From NCBI GenBank assembly GCA_051882435.1, contig JBJERT010000027.1, positions 1-37,979 on the forward strand: 37,979 bases of DNA, in the 5' to 3' direction. Positions 19,477 to 29,466 of the stretch are shown here, piece after piece. The notes below the pieces were generated by a model. That model ran no database searches and had not been told where the DNA came from. It was given only the letters and a program-made list of their open reading frames with translations. This DNA comes from Faecalibacterium sp. GTDB lineage: Bacteria; Bacillota; Clostridia; Oscillospirales; Ruminococcaceae. The stretch's first letter is position 1. Every line of letters begins with the position of its first letter. The position numbers were made by a program, and so were the translations under genes.

Positions 19477-20501
19477 AATTTCACCACCCGAAATGCCGCG
19501 GCCCGGATCAGACGATTATACACTGCCATGGAGAGACCGTCCTTCTGCGGGCAGCGGGCATAGACGACACCGTCTCCCTGCTCATCCAGAGCACGAAGGC
19601 TGCGGAACAGATGCTTTGCCTGATCCGCGCCGTCCCCTTCCCGACCATATTCCACACAAGGCACACCAAGATTTTTGGCCTCACCTGTAAAGCATAGGCA
19701 GCTTGGAGACTCGGCAGCATGGGCATCCACATACGCCTTGAACTGCTCAAACGTTCCTTCTAGCAGGGTGATATCTGCTTTGGGAGCGTAATGTTTATAT
19801 TTCATACCGGGGCTGCGGGCAACCTCGCCCTCTGGCAGCTTTTCCAAAATCGCGTGGGAGACCTCGACTTCCTCGCCGAGAGCACGTTCAAGGTCCTCAA
19901 GCGTAATATGGCCCGGGCGGAACAGAGTCGGTTTTTCGCCTACTACGGAAACCACGGTGGACTCAACACCCACGTCGCATTCGCCTCCATCCAAAATCAA
20001 CGGCAGCCGTCCCTCCATATCCGAAAACACATCCTGCGCATTGGTCGGGCTGGGCCTGCCCGAAAGGTTGGCCGACGGAGCAGCAAAGGCGCAGCCGCTC
20101 TTCTGGATGACCGCCCGCGCAACCGGATGGGCAGGCATGCGGATGCCCACCGTATCCAGCCCGGCGCAGCATTCATCTGCTACTTCCGGCCCGCGCGGCA
20201 TGATAATGGTCAGAGGGCCCGGGCAGAACGCAGCCATCAAGAGCTGGGCGCGTTCCGGGATCTCCCGCACAAGACCGGGAAGCATCTCCGGTCCGCTGAC
20301 ATGTACGATCAGGGGGTTATCCTGTGGGCGGCCTTTGGCCGCAAAGATTTTTTTGACGGCCTCCCCATTGCGCGCATCGGCCGCGATACCATAAACCGTT
20401 TCGGTCGGCAGCGCTACGATCCCGCCGCAGCGCAAGATCCGGGCCGCTTTGTCTATTCCGATCTCATCTGCCGGGCAGACGATTGTTTCTATATTTTTCA
20501 C
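19473..20501 (-). CDS. sua5: Threonylcarbamoyl-AMP synthase (YrdC plus SUA5 domains)
   Basis: PTETVYG, KGRPQDNPLIVH, APSANLSG, SPGMKYKHYAP; GTG start inferred from RBS. Confidence 0.93.
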   Translation of the reverse strand: MKNIETIVCPADEIGIDKAARILRCGGIVALPTETVYGIAADARNGEAVKKIFAAKGRPQDNPLIVHVSGPEMLPGLVREIPERAQLLMAAFCPGPLTIIMPRGPEVADECCAGLDTVGIRMPAHPVARAVIQKSGCAFAAPSANLSGRPSPTNAQDVFSDMEGRLPLILDGGECDVGVESTVVSVVGEKPTLFRPGHITLEDLERALGEEVEVSHAILEKLPEGEVARSPGMKYKHYAPKADITLLEGTFEQFKAYVDAHAAESPSCLCFTGEAKNLGVPCVEYGREGDGADQAKHLFRSLRALDEQGDGVVYARCPQKDGLSMAVYNRLIRAAAFRVVKL

Positions 20502-20609
20502 GTTTTTTCGTCCTTTTCGACTGTAAAGTAAAACCACTTTTCAGAATATATCAAAATTTATGCAGGGGTTTCAAACATTTTGTCTCTATGGAAAACAGAA
20601 TCGTTCCAT

Positions 20610-21692
20610 TCATCCATTCAGTTTTTGCAGTTTTTCTGTTTGCTCACGGGCGGCAAGATGATCTATGATATCATCCAATCCGCCATCCATGATCTTATTC
20701 AAATTATGCAGCGTCAAACCGATCCGATGGTCCGTGCAGCGGTCCTGCGGAAAATTATATGTGCGTATTTTTTCGCTGCGCTCCCCTGTCCCCACCTGAC
20801 CCTGACGATTCGCGTTGATCGCATCCTGCTGTTCCTTTTGTTTTTGGGCCAACAGGCGGCTGCGCAGGATCTCCAGAGCTTTGTCTTTATTCTGGAACTG
20901 GCTGCGCTCGTTCTGACATTCGACGACCATGCCGGTAGGCAGATGTGTTATGCGGATCGCACTGGATGTCTTATTGATATGCTGTCCGCCTGCGCCCGAT
21001 GAACGAAAGGTATCGATGCGCAGGTCCTTCATATCCAGCGCAAAGTCCACTTCCTCTGCCTGCGGCATCACGGCCACCGTGGCAGTAGAGGTATGGATGC
21101 GCCCCTGCGTTTCGGTCTCTGGTACACGCTGGACCCGATGCACACCGCTCTCATACTTGAGCCGGTTATAAGCACCGCTGCCATTTACTGCGAGGATCGC
21201 CTCTTTGACACCCCCCAGCTCGGTCTCATTCAGACTGAGCACTTCCAGTTCCCACCCGCGGCTCTGGCCATACATGGAGTACATCCGCAGCAGGCTGTGG
21301 GCAAACAACGCGGCTTCTTCCCCTCCTGCTCCGCCACGGATCTCCAGAATGACGCTTTTTCCATCATTTACATCTTTGGGCAGCAGTAAAAATTTGAGAT
21401 TATTTTCCAGTTCTTCCAAATCATGACGTTTTTCGCTGATCTCCTGTTGTACCATTTCCTTAAAGTCCGGGTCGAGCGGCTCGGACTCCAGCAAAGCTCT
21501 GGCCTGCGCGAGGTGATCCTGAGCAGTCTGCCAGGCGCGATACGCCCGCACGATCGGTTCAGCATCGCGGTATTCCCGCATCAGGCGGCGGAACAGCGTC
21601 GGGTCGGCTGCAGTCTGGGGCTGGTTGAGGCGCATGGACAGCTCCTCAAAGCGGCGGCAGACAGTTTCCATTTGATCGAACATCTTCGGCAT
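20610..21692 (-). CDS. prfA: Peptide chain release factor 1
   Basis: GGQ motif, RF1-specific PxT (RVPETE), IRTYNFPQ. Confidence 0.95.
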   Translation of the reverse strand: MPKMFDQMETVCRRFEELSMRLNQPQTAADPTLFRRLMREYRDAEPIVRAYRAWQTAQDHLAQARALLESEPLDPDFKEMVQQEISEKRHDLEELENNLKFLLLPKDVNDGKSVILEIRGGAGGEEAALFAHSLLRMYSMYGQSRGWELEVLSLNETELGGVKEAILAVNGSGAYNRLKYESGVHRVQRVPETETQGRIHTSTATVAVMPQAEEVDFALDMKDLRIDTFRSSGAGGQHINKTSSAIRITHLPTGMVVECQNERSQFQNKDKALEILRSRLLAQKQKEQQDAINANRQGQVGTGERSEKIRTYNFPQDRCTDHRIGLTLHNLNKIMDGGLDDIIDHLAAREQTEKLQKLNG

Positions 21693-21747
21693 AGTCCGCA
21701 GTTCTCCTTACCATAGTTTGTCTGGATAAGACGAGCATTCCCCTGCC

Positions 21748-21936
21748 CTAAAGCTGGTCTGGTTTGAGGACTTTTTTGATGTTCTTTTCGATCTTTGCGC
21801 GCGGCAGCATCACTTCGCGGCCGCAGCCAGTACAGCGAATGCGGAAATCCATCCCCACGCGCAGCACCTCAAAACGGGACGCTCCACAGGGATGCTTTTT
21901 CCGGGTGAGGATCATATCTCCCACCGCGATATCCAT
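21748..21936 (-). CDS. DUF951 family small protein
   Basis: MDIAVGD..KKHPCG...RVGMDFRIRCTGCGR; AAAGGAG RBS supports ATG at 21936. Confidence 0.88.
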   Translation of the reverse strand: MDIAVGDMILTRKKHPCGASRFEVLRVGMDFRIRCTGCGREVMLPRAKIEKNIKKVLKPDQL

Positions 21937-22016
21937 AGTCCGCTCCTTTCCCGTCCGCGCAGTGCGCGGGCAGCGCAGATGACTTGCCGGAGCTCCGGCT
22001 CTGCGCATACGCTTAT

Positions 22017-22045
22017 AGTATAATCCAAACCTGTGCAAAATGCAA
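22017..22045 (-). promoter_or_regulatory. Sigma-A promoter for DUF951-prfA
   Basis: TTGCAT-17 bp-TATACT on the - strand. Confidence 0.6.
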
Positions 22046-22145
22046 ATATCCGCTGACGGACACGCATAAAGTGGTACTGTCCCGCCGCAAATGGCTGTCT
22101 GCACACAGGCGAGAGCACAAAAACTGACAGAAAGAGGAATGAAAG

Positions 22146-23081
22146 ATGATGCAAGCGTTCCGAACCGAAGGCAATTACCGCAGCGCCGCCCACCTGAGCG
22201 CTGCCGAGCTGCGCGCCGCCATGGCGAACCACGAGATCTTGCAGGGCACTGCGCTGGCTTTTGACACGCAGCGCCAGCTCCGCTTTGAGCTGGGCGGGGT
22301 AAGGGGCATCATGCCCTTTACCCAGTGTGCCGATGGAGCCGAAAGCGGCAATGTACGCGATATCGCTGTTCTGACAAGGGTAGGGCGCCCTACCTGCTTT
22401 GTGATAGAGTCGCTGGAAACTGACGAAGCCGGGCAGCCTTTCTATCGGCTCTCCCGGGCCGAAGCACAACGCATGTGTAAGGAAGAGTACCTTGATGTAC
22501 TGCGGCCCGGCGATATTTTACCCTGCACTGTGACCCATATCGAACCGTTCGGCGCCTTCTGCGACGTAGGGTGCGGAGTGAGTGCGTTGCTGCCCATCGA
22601 CTGTATGTCGGTGAGCCGCATCTCCTCCCCGGCCGACCGCGTCAGCGTAGGGCAGCAGATCTTGTGCGCGATCAAGAGCCGCGATGTACAGGGCCGGTTC
22701 GTCCTGACGATCCGGGAGCTGCTGGGCACCTGGGCCGAGAATGCAGCTTCCTTTACCGTGGGCGAGACGGTGGTGGGGATCGTACGCAGTGTGGAAGATT
22801 ACGGCACCTTTGTCGAGATCGCCCCCAATTTGGCGGGTCTGGCCGAGAGCTGCCCCGAGCTGCGCCCCGGTCAAGCGGTAAGCGTCTACATCAAAAATAT
22901 CTTGCCGGAAAAAATGAAGATCAAGCTGGTCATCGTCAACCACAGCCTGAATCAAAGTCATCGCTTTGAACTGCGCTATTTTATCACAGAAGGACACATC
23001 GACCGCTGGGTCTATTCCACATCAGAAAGCCGCAAGCAAATTGAAACAGATTTTGTCTGTGCAGCTTGCAATTCCCTGTAA
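22146..23081 (+). CDS. S1 RNA-binding domain protein (about three S1 repeats)
   Basis: VTHIEPFGAFCDVG and VRSVEDYGTFVEI S1 motifs; LSR at the end of the first repeat. Confidence 0.85.
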   Translation: MMQAFRTEGNYRSAAHLSAAELRAAMANHEILQGTALAFDTQRQLRFELGGVRGIMPFTQCADGAESGNVRDIAVLTRVGRPTCFVIESLETDEAGQPFYRLSRAEAQRMCKEEYLDVLRPGDILPCTVTHIEPFGAFCDVGCGVSALLPIDCMSVSRISSPADRVSVGQQILCAIKSRDVQGRFVLTIRELLGTWAENAASFTVGETVVGIVRSVEDYGTFVEIAPNLAGLAESCPELRPGQAVSVYIKNILPEKMKIKLVIVNHSLNQSHRFELRYFITEGHIDRWVYSTSESRKQIETDFVCAACNSL

Positions 23082-23094
23082 AACCTCTTATAAT
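23066..23094 (+). promoter_or_regulatory. Sigma-A promoter for the DUF4364-like gene
   Basis: TTGCAA-17 bp-TATAAT. Confidence 0.65.
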
Positions 23095-23183
23095 TGAAAG
23101 GAACACTGGACGCTGAAAAGCACCCGCATGATCTATGGCGGGTGCCCATGAGACTGGATACGATAAGGGGATGTGGGAAGACG

Positions 23184-23735
23184 ATGGCTGTCAACGATGC
23201 CTTTACCGCCGGTGTCCGACCCGGTGGGCTGACCAGCAGTACCGAGATCCGGCTGCTGCTGTGTTATCTTGTGAAGAATGCCGGGCCGCTGACGCAGCAG
23301 GAGATCGAGGATGCTCTGGTCGAGGAGGCGCTGGTCAACTATTTTGAGATCGGCTCCTGTCTGGACGATATCGCCCGGCAGAAGCTGGTCACATGGCAGG
23401 ATGGACGGTATTCCATTACCGACAATGGCCGCAAGGTCGCGCAGGAGCTGGCCTATGATCTGCCCCGCAGCGTTCGGGAACGGGCTGTCGCAGCGGTGCT
23501 GCGCAGCCAGACCTGGGCGCGCAAGTCGGCCGAATACAGTGCTGACATCACCGAAAAAGCAGACGGGCACTGTACGATCCGCTGTACCGTCAAAGGGTTG
23601 GACGAAGAACTGTTTCGTCTGGACCTTGGTACGCCGGACCGGCTTTCGGCAGAGATGATAAAAAAGCAGTTCATCCTCAAAGGCAATGAAGTTTACCAGA
23701 TGCTCATCAATAAGCTGACAGAAGAAGAACGATAA
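23184..23735 (+). CDS. DUF4364-like winged-helix protein
   Basis: IRLLLCYL...VNYFE...YSIT..G pattern typical of this clostridial family; start re-assigned to ATG 23184. Confidence 0.7.
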   Translation: MAVNDAFTAGVRPGGLTSSTEIRLLLCYLVKNAGPLTQQEIEDALVEEALVNYFEIGSCLDDIARQKLVTWQDGRYSITDNGRKVAQELAYDLPRSVRERAVAAVLRSQTWARKSAEYSADITEKADGHCTIRCTVKGLDEELFRLDLGTPDRLSAEMIKKQFILKGNEVYQMLINKLTEEER

Positions 23736-23770
23736 AGAACCCCCGGCTCTGCCGGGGGTTCTTTATCGTT
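23728..23770. terminator. Perfect 20-bp hairpin terminator
   Basis: AACGATAAAGAACCCCCGGC-TCT-GCCGGGGGTTCTTTATCGTT between convergent genes. Confidence 0.8.
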
Positions 23771-23772
23771 CC

Positions 23773-23807
23773 AAAAAGCGGCCCTCCGTATTGTCGGAGA
23801 GCCGCTT
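23773..23807 (-). terminator. pfkA terminator
   Basis: AAGCGGCCCTCCG / CGGAGAGCCGCTT stem with an A run on the left (U tract on the - strand). Confidence 0.7.
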
Positions 23808-23825
23808 GATAATGCGAAGAACCAA

Positions 23826-24800
23826 TCAGATGGAGATCGTATTGCAGACGTCCAGCAGGACCGGATCGAGAGACTTGGTCATCTCCAATGCCTCGTCTAC
23901 AGGATAATCTACGAGCTGTTCTCCCTTCATGCCGACGATGCGGTTATACTTGCCTTCCTCGAGCAGGCAGACGGCACGATAACCCATGGCAGAGGCGTTC
24001 ACACGGTCACGCAGCGTAGGAGAACCGCCGCGCTGCACATGGCCCAGGATCGTTGCACGGGAATCAATGCCCGTGCGGGCCTGGATCTCATTGGCGATCT
24101 CCTGCGCATGGCCGACACCTTCGGCCACGATCACGATGAAGTGGCTCTTTCCGGTCTTTTGCGTCTCCGTGATCTTGTCGAGGATGTCGCGCTGCATATC
24201 GAACTCTTTTTCCGGCAGAAGGACTGCCATAGCGCCGGAGGCGATCGCCACGTTCAGCGCGATGTAGCCCGCATTGCGGCCCATGACCTCAACGACGCTG
24301 CAGCGGTCATGGCTCTGGGTGGTATCGCGCAGCTTATCGATCATCTCCAGCGCCGTATTCATAGCGGTGTCGTAACCGATGGTGTATTCCGTGCAGGCGA
24401 TATCGTTGTCGATGGTACCGGGCAGGCCGATCATCGGGATGCCGCGGTGGGCCAGCTCGCGCGCACCGCGATAAGAGCCATCGCCGCCGATGACTACCAG
24501 AGCGTCGATGCCCAGCTCACGGCACTTGGCCGCGCCCTTGTCCTGGCCTTCCTTGGTCTTGAACTCCAGACAGCGGGCCGTATACAGGATCGTGCCGCCT
24601 GCCTGAATGATGTTCGAGACGCTGCGCAGATTCATCTCAAAGCACTCGCTGTTCAGCAGTCCGTTGTAGCCGCGCTGGATGCCGATCATGCGGAAGCCCT
24701 TGTGGATGCCGGTGCGGACCACGGCACGGACCGCGGCGTTCATGCCGGGAGCGTCGCCGCCGCTGGTCAGAACGCCGATCGTTTTGATTTGCTTTTCCAT
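23826..24800 (-). CDS. pfkA: ATP-dependent 6-phosphofructokinase
   Basis: TSGGDAPGMN, GGDGS, PGTIDND, EVMGR, LGHVQRGG; GGAGGG RBS supports ATG at 24800. Confidence 0.96.
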   Translation of the reverse strand: MEKQIKTIGVLTSGGDAPGMNAAVRAVVRTGIHKGFRMIGIQRGYNGLLNSECFEMNLRSVSNIIQAGGTILYTARCLEFKTKEGQDKGAAKCRELGIDALVVIGGDGSYRGARELAHRGIPMIGLPGTIDNDIACTEYTIGYDTAMNTALEMIDKLRDTTQSHDRCSVVEVMGRNAGYIALNVAIASGAMAVLLPEKEFDMQRDILDKITETQKTGKSHFIVIVAEGVGHAQEIANEIQARTGIDSRATILGHVQRGGSPTLRDRVNASAMGYRAVCLLEEGKYNRIVGMKGEQLVDYPVDEALEMTKSLDPVLLDVCNTISI

Positions 24801-24975
24801 ACTAGAGATTCCCTCCAATTTGTATTCTTCATTCACCCATCAAGACGACGCCCTTCTGCCAGAACGCGTCCTGTGCTTTGCCTGAAGGCTGGTTCTCGCT
24901 TGTGCCTAGGTTAATTATAACACAATCGCTCTCTTTTGAAAACCTCCCACCCGTAAGGAATCGCGCACAGAAATG

Positions 24976-27900
24976 TCATTTTGTTGCAACATTCTCTTTG
25001 CCCAGCAGCCGCTCCAGCTCCTGGAACAGCAGCGGATGGCCCGAAGCATACAGCCTGCGGGGCGCGGCCAGCTTCTGCCGGGTATCCTGCAAATAGAGGA
25101 TGACCGGGATGCTGCCGTCAAAGATTTCCAGCAGGTTGATCACTTTGGCATACTGTGGACTGTTCCGGGACGGCAGACGGAGATAGATCCGCTGGGTTGC
25201 CTCCCGCAGCGGGTCGGGCCGGCCGGACTGCGGGGCAGCCGGGTCGTAGCGGTCCACCGGGATGATGCTCTCCGCCATCAGCTTGGACGGCTCATCCTCC
25301 CGCACGGACAGCCGCCCGTCGATGACCACGACGGCGTTTTCCTGAAGGGCATCCCGGAAATTTTCCAGCACCCGCGGGAACACGATCACTTCCATGGTGC
25401 CGGTCAGATCTTCGATGCTGGTAAACGCCATCAGGCTGTTGGATTTGGTCGTCATCATGCGGCTTTTGACTACGGTGCAGACCACCCTCACCCGGCTGTT
25501 ATCCAGTTTGTGGCTTTCCTCGCCGGTCAGGTCTTTGATGGTATGGCTGCCAAAACGCCGGATCTGCTCCCGGTAAGCGTCCAGCGGGTGGCCGGACAGG
25601 TACAACCCGCTGACCTCCTTTTCCTGCTGGAGCAGCTCGGCCGGGGTATACTCTGGGACGGGGCGCACCTCATAATTGTCCTCCCCGCTCCCCTGCTCTG
25701 TTCCGCCCATGACCGAGAACAGGTCCAACTGGCCGTCCAGGTTGCGTCGCACATCGCTTTCCACGCTTTTCAGGATGCCTTCCACAGCCTCTACCAGGCT
25801 GCGGCGGTTGACGCCCATACAGTCGAACGCGCCTGCTTTTATCAGGCTCTCGACGGCGCGGCGATTCATTTCGTTGCCATACATCCGCTTACAGAAGTCG
25901 TAGAGGCTGGCGTAAGGGCGTTCCTGCCTCTGCTGCACCGCCCGCTCGATAAGGTTGCGGCCCACGTTTTTTACTGCGTTCAGGCCAAAGCGTATCTGCC
26001 CCTGCGCATCCACGGTAAAGCCGCCGCCCGAGACATTGATATCCGGCGGCAGGACCTTGATGCCCAGCCGGGCGCACTCGCTGGAATATTCGATGACCTT
26101 GTCCGTGTTGTCCAGCACGCTGGTCAGCAGCGCAGCCATGAACTCGCTGGGATAGTGGCACTTGAGATAGGCCGTCTGGAACGCCACATAAGCGTAGCAG
26201 GCGGCGTGGCTTTTATTGAACGCATAGGACGCGAAGCTGGACATCTCGTCATAGATCTCATTCGCAACCTTTTCCGGGATGCCGTTGGCAACGCAGCCGG
26301 GGCACTCATGGCCCGGCTCGGTGCTGCCGTGGACAAAGTGCTCCCGTTCGGCCTCCATGACGGCATGCTTTTTTTTGCTCATGGCCCGGCGCACGTTGTC
26401 CGCCTGGCCGAAGGAAAAGCCCGCCAGCTCCCGGAAGATCTGCATGACCTGCTCCTGATAAAGGATACAGCCGTTGGTCACATCCAGGATATGCGCCAGC
26501 TGCGGCGTTTTATACTGGATCTTGTCCGGCTCATGACGGTTGCGCAGGTAGGTCGGGATGGAGTCCATCGGGCCGGGACGGTAAAGGCTGATCAGCGCGA
26601 TGATATCTTCCAGATCCTTTGGCTGCAGGCCCACCAGGAGCTGCTTCATGCCGGAGGATTCCAGCTGGAACACGCCTTCCGTCTCTCCCTGACTGAGCAT
26701 CCGATAGGTAGCGGCGTCGTCATAGTCCAGCGTCTCGATGGAAAAATCCGGCACCCTTTTCCGAATGGCCGTTTCCGCGTCCCGGATGACCGTGAGGGTG
26801 CGCAGACCGAGAAAGTCCATTTTGAGCAGGCCAAGTTCCTCGATCTCGGTCATATTGAACTGCGTTACGGGCAGGCCGTCGTTGGTGGCAAGAGGCAGGT
26901 ATTCATCGGTCGGCTCGGGGGTGATGACCACGCCCGCCGCATGGGTGGAGGCATGGCGGGGCATCCCCTCCACCTTGGCCGCAGTGTCGAGCAGCTCTTT
27001 GACCTGGGGATCCGTGTCGTATAGGTGCTTTAACTCGGTGGAGACCTCCAATGCGCGCTTCAGAGTCATTTTCAGCTCCATCGGGACCAGCTTGGCCACA
27101 ACATCCACGCTCTGATACGGCAGCCCCATCACGCGGCCCACGTCGCGGATGGCGTTGCGCGCGGCCATCGTTCCGAACGTGACGATCTGCGCCACATGGT
27201 CTGCGCCGTATTTTCGGTTCACATAGTCGATGACCTCCTGTCGGCGTTCGTAGCAGAAATCTACGTCGAAGTCCGGCATGCTGACGCGCTCCGGGTTCAG
27301 GAAGCGCTCGAAGATCAGGTGATATCGGATGGGGTCGATATCGGTGATCCCGACGCAGTAGGCTGCGATGCTGCCCGCACCCGAGCCGCGGCCCGGCCCC
27401 ACCGGGATCCCCTGGCTTTTGGCGTAGTTGATATAATCGAACACGATGAGATAATAGTTGGTATAGCCCATCGTTTTGATGACGCCGATCTCGTAGCGCA
27501 GACGCTCGCGGTTCGCCTCCGGCACATCTGCGCCATAACGCCGCTCCAGTCCCTCCCAGCAGAGCTTCTCAAAGTATTCCTGATTGTCCATGCCGCCGGG
27601 GGCCTTGTAATAAGGGATCTTGGTATGCCCAAAGTCAAAATCGAAATTGCACTGTTCCGCAATCTTTGCCGTGTTAGCACAGGCTTCCGGTACGATGGAG
27701 AACAGATCATACATCTCATCGGTCGTTTTGAGATAGAACTCGTCTGTCTGGAACTCCATTTTGTCCGCGTCCTGGATGGTCTTGCCCGTCTGGATGCACA
27801 GCAGAATGCTCTGCATTTTGGCGTCATCCTTGCGCAGATAATGCGCGTCGTTGGTGGCGGCCATGGGGATGCCGGTCTCCCGCGCCAGCTTGATCAGCTG

Positions 27901-28491
27901 AGGTAGGACCGTCGTGTCCTCTTTGAGGCCGTGATCCTGAAGCTCGATATAGAAATTCCCCTCGCCGAACAGGTCGCGATACCACAGCGCCGCCGACTTG
28001 GCTTTTTCGTAATCCCCCGCCAGCAGCGCCTGCGGAATCTCGCCTGCAAGACAGGCGGACAGACAAATAAGGCCCTCATGGTGCTGCTCCAGGAGCTGCT
28101 TGTCCACACGAGGACGGGAATAGAATCCCTCCACGAATGCGGAGGAGACCATTTTAATAAGGTTTTTATAGCCGGTCTCGTTTTTGCACAGCAGGATCAG
28201 GTGGTGGCTCCCATCGATCTTATTGACCTTGTCAAAGCGGGTTCGGGTCGCCACATAGACCTCGCAGCCAATGATGGGCTTGATGCCTGCCTTTTTGGCT
28301 GCTTTATAGAACTGGACGCAGCCGTACATGACGCCGTGATCCGTACAGGCGATGGCTGTCTGGCCGCACTCTTTGACCCGGTCCATCATCTGGTCGATGC
28401 GGCAGGCGCCGTCCAGAAGGCTGTACTCCGTATGCACATGGAGATGGACAAAGGGGCGTTGTCCGGTTCTTTCTTCTGTATTCTCGCTCAA
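24976..28491 (-). CDS. dnaE: DNA polymerase III alpha subunit
   Basis: PHP domain HLHVHTEYSLLDG, GPGRGSGAGS, FERFLNPER.SMPDFDVDF, YAFNKSH, OB fold. Confidence 0.96.
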   Translation of the reverse strand: MSENTEERTGQRPFVHLHVHTEYSLLDGACRIDQMMDRVKECGQTAIACTDHGVMYGCVQFYKAAKKAGIKPIIGCEVYVATRTRFDKVNKIDGSHHLILLCKNETGYKNLIKMVSSAFVEGFYSRPRVDKQLLEQHHEGLICLSACLAGEIPQALLAGDYEKAKSAALWYRDLFGEGNFYIELQDHGLKEDTTVLPQLIKLARETGIPMAATNDAHYLRKDDAKMQSILLCIQTGKTIQDADKMEFQTDEFYLKTTDEMYDLFSIVPEACANTAKIAEQCNFDFDFGHTKIPYYKAPGGMDNQEYFEKLCWEGLERRYGADVPEANRERLRYEIGVIKTMGYTNYYLIVFDYINYAKSQGIPVGPGRGSGAGSIAAYCVGITDIDPIRYHLIFERFLNPERVSMPDFDVDFCYERRQEVIDYVNRKYGADHVAQIVTFGTMAARNAIRDVGRVMGLPYQSVDVVAKLVPMELKMTLKRALEVSTELKHLYDTDPQVKELLDTAAKVEGMPRHASTHAAGVVITPEPTDEYLPLATNDGLPVTQFNMTEIEELGLLKMDFLGLRTLTVIRDAETAIRKRVPDFSIETLDYDDAATYRMLSQGETEGVFQLESSGMKQLLVGLQPKDLEDIIALISLYRPGPMDSIPTYLRNRHEPDKIQYKTPQLAHILDVTNGCILYQEQVMQIFRELAGFSFGQADNVRRAMSKKKHAVMEAEREHFVHGSTEPGHECPGCVANGIPEKVANEIYDEMSSFASYAFNKSHAACYAYVAFQTAYLKCHYPSEFMAALLTSVLDNTDKVIEYSSECARLGIKVLPPDINVSGGGFTVDAQGQIRFGLNAVKNVGRNLIERAVQQRQERPYASLYDFCKRMYGNEMNRRAVESLIKAGAFDCMGVNRRSLVEAVEGILKSVESDVRRNLDGQLDLFSVMGGTEQGSGEDNYEVRPVPEYTPAELLQQEKEVSGLYLSGHPLDAYREQIRRFGSHTIKDLTGEESHKLDNSRVRVVCTVVKSRMMTTKSNSLMAFTSIEDLTGTMEVIVFPRVLENFRDALQENAVVVIDGRLSVREDEPSKLMAESIIPVDRYDPAAPQSGRPDPLREATQRIYLRLPSRNSPQYAKVINLLEIFDGSIPVILYLQDTRQKLAAPRRLYASGHPLLFQELERLLGKENVATK

Positions 28492-29417
28492 AGTCCTTCC
28501 TCCTGTTGTTCCAGACGCTGGCGCAGGGCTTCGGCCAGCGACTCAAGCTTTTTCATACGGTGGGACAGCCCGGATTTGCTCATTTCCGGCTCAAAGCAGC
28601 CGCACAGCGCTGTCAGGGAGAGATCCGGGTGGGCAAGCCGCTGGGCCGCTGCTTCCTGTAGCGGAGGCGGCAAAGCCTCCAGCGCGCCGTGCGCCTGCAA
28701 GTAGCGGATGGCCCGCAGAGTCTGCGCGTTGGCGCGGGCAGTTTTGCTCAGGTTGGCCGTATCGCAGTTGGTCTGGCGGTTGATGGTGTTGCGCATCTGC
28801 TTGACCGCTTTCTGTGCCTCCAGACGCTCGGCGGCCTCTGCTGCGCCAAGAAAGGCCAGCAGCTTCTGCACGTTCGCCCCCGTTTTGACATAGATGAGAT
28901 TGACACCGTTGCGGCGGGTCCGGTGGGGCGAGAACTCATGCTCTGCCAGCAATGCCTCAAAATCCCGGGCAAGGTTAGTACGCGGGGTCAGAAATTCGAG
29001 GTTGTATTCCTTTTGGGGATCGGTCACGGTCCCCCCGCACAGAAAAGCGGTCCCAATGTAAGCGCTGACGCACATCTGGCAGCGGATGAGCCGCGGATCG
29101 ATCTGAAGGCTTGTTTCGGTCCCAGTGGTCCCGAACAGCTCATGCATCCGGGCCACCGGACCGGGCGCCCGGATGCCAAATTCGTACAATATGCCACTGG
29201 GACGCTGCTTTTCCAAAATCTCTCCCTGCACACCGCAGCGGGCGAAGAGCTGCTGTGCCAGATGTGCGGTCTGTGCCTGTTCCGTCTGGAGCACAAGGCC
29301 GCGCGCGTCAAAATATTTGGCAAAGCACGCGATGCCGTAGGCCGCCGCGCGCACACAACAATCCTTTTGCAGGCTGCGCCGCGCGATCTCCTCCCGCGCC
29401 TCGGATGCAAAGCTCAT
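28488..29417 (-). CDS. whiA: DNA-binding protein WhiA
   Basis: MSFASE, AFL.GG.V.DP...Y.LEF, NR..NCDTANL.K, SKSG..HR motifs. Confidence 0.92.
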   Translation of the reverse strand: MSFASEAREEIARRSLQKDCCVRAAAYGIACFAKYFDARGLVLQTEQAQTAHLAQQLFARCGVQGEILEKQRPSGILYEFGIRAPGPVARMHELFGTTGTETSLQIDPRLIRCQMCVSAYIGTAFLCGGTVTDPQKEYNLEFLTPRTNLARDFEALLAEHEFSPHRTRRNGVNLIYVKTGANVQKLLAFLGAAEAAERLEAQKAVKQMRNTINRQTNCDTANLSKTARANAQTLRAIRYLQAHGALEALPPPLQEAAAQRLAHPDLSLTALCGCFEPEMSKSGLSHRMKKLESLAEALRQRLEQQEEGL

Positions 29418-29466
29418 GGTCATTCCTCTTTCCGTTCCGGGCCGCGGCCCGCCGTTTTCCTCTCTC

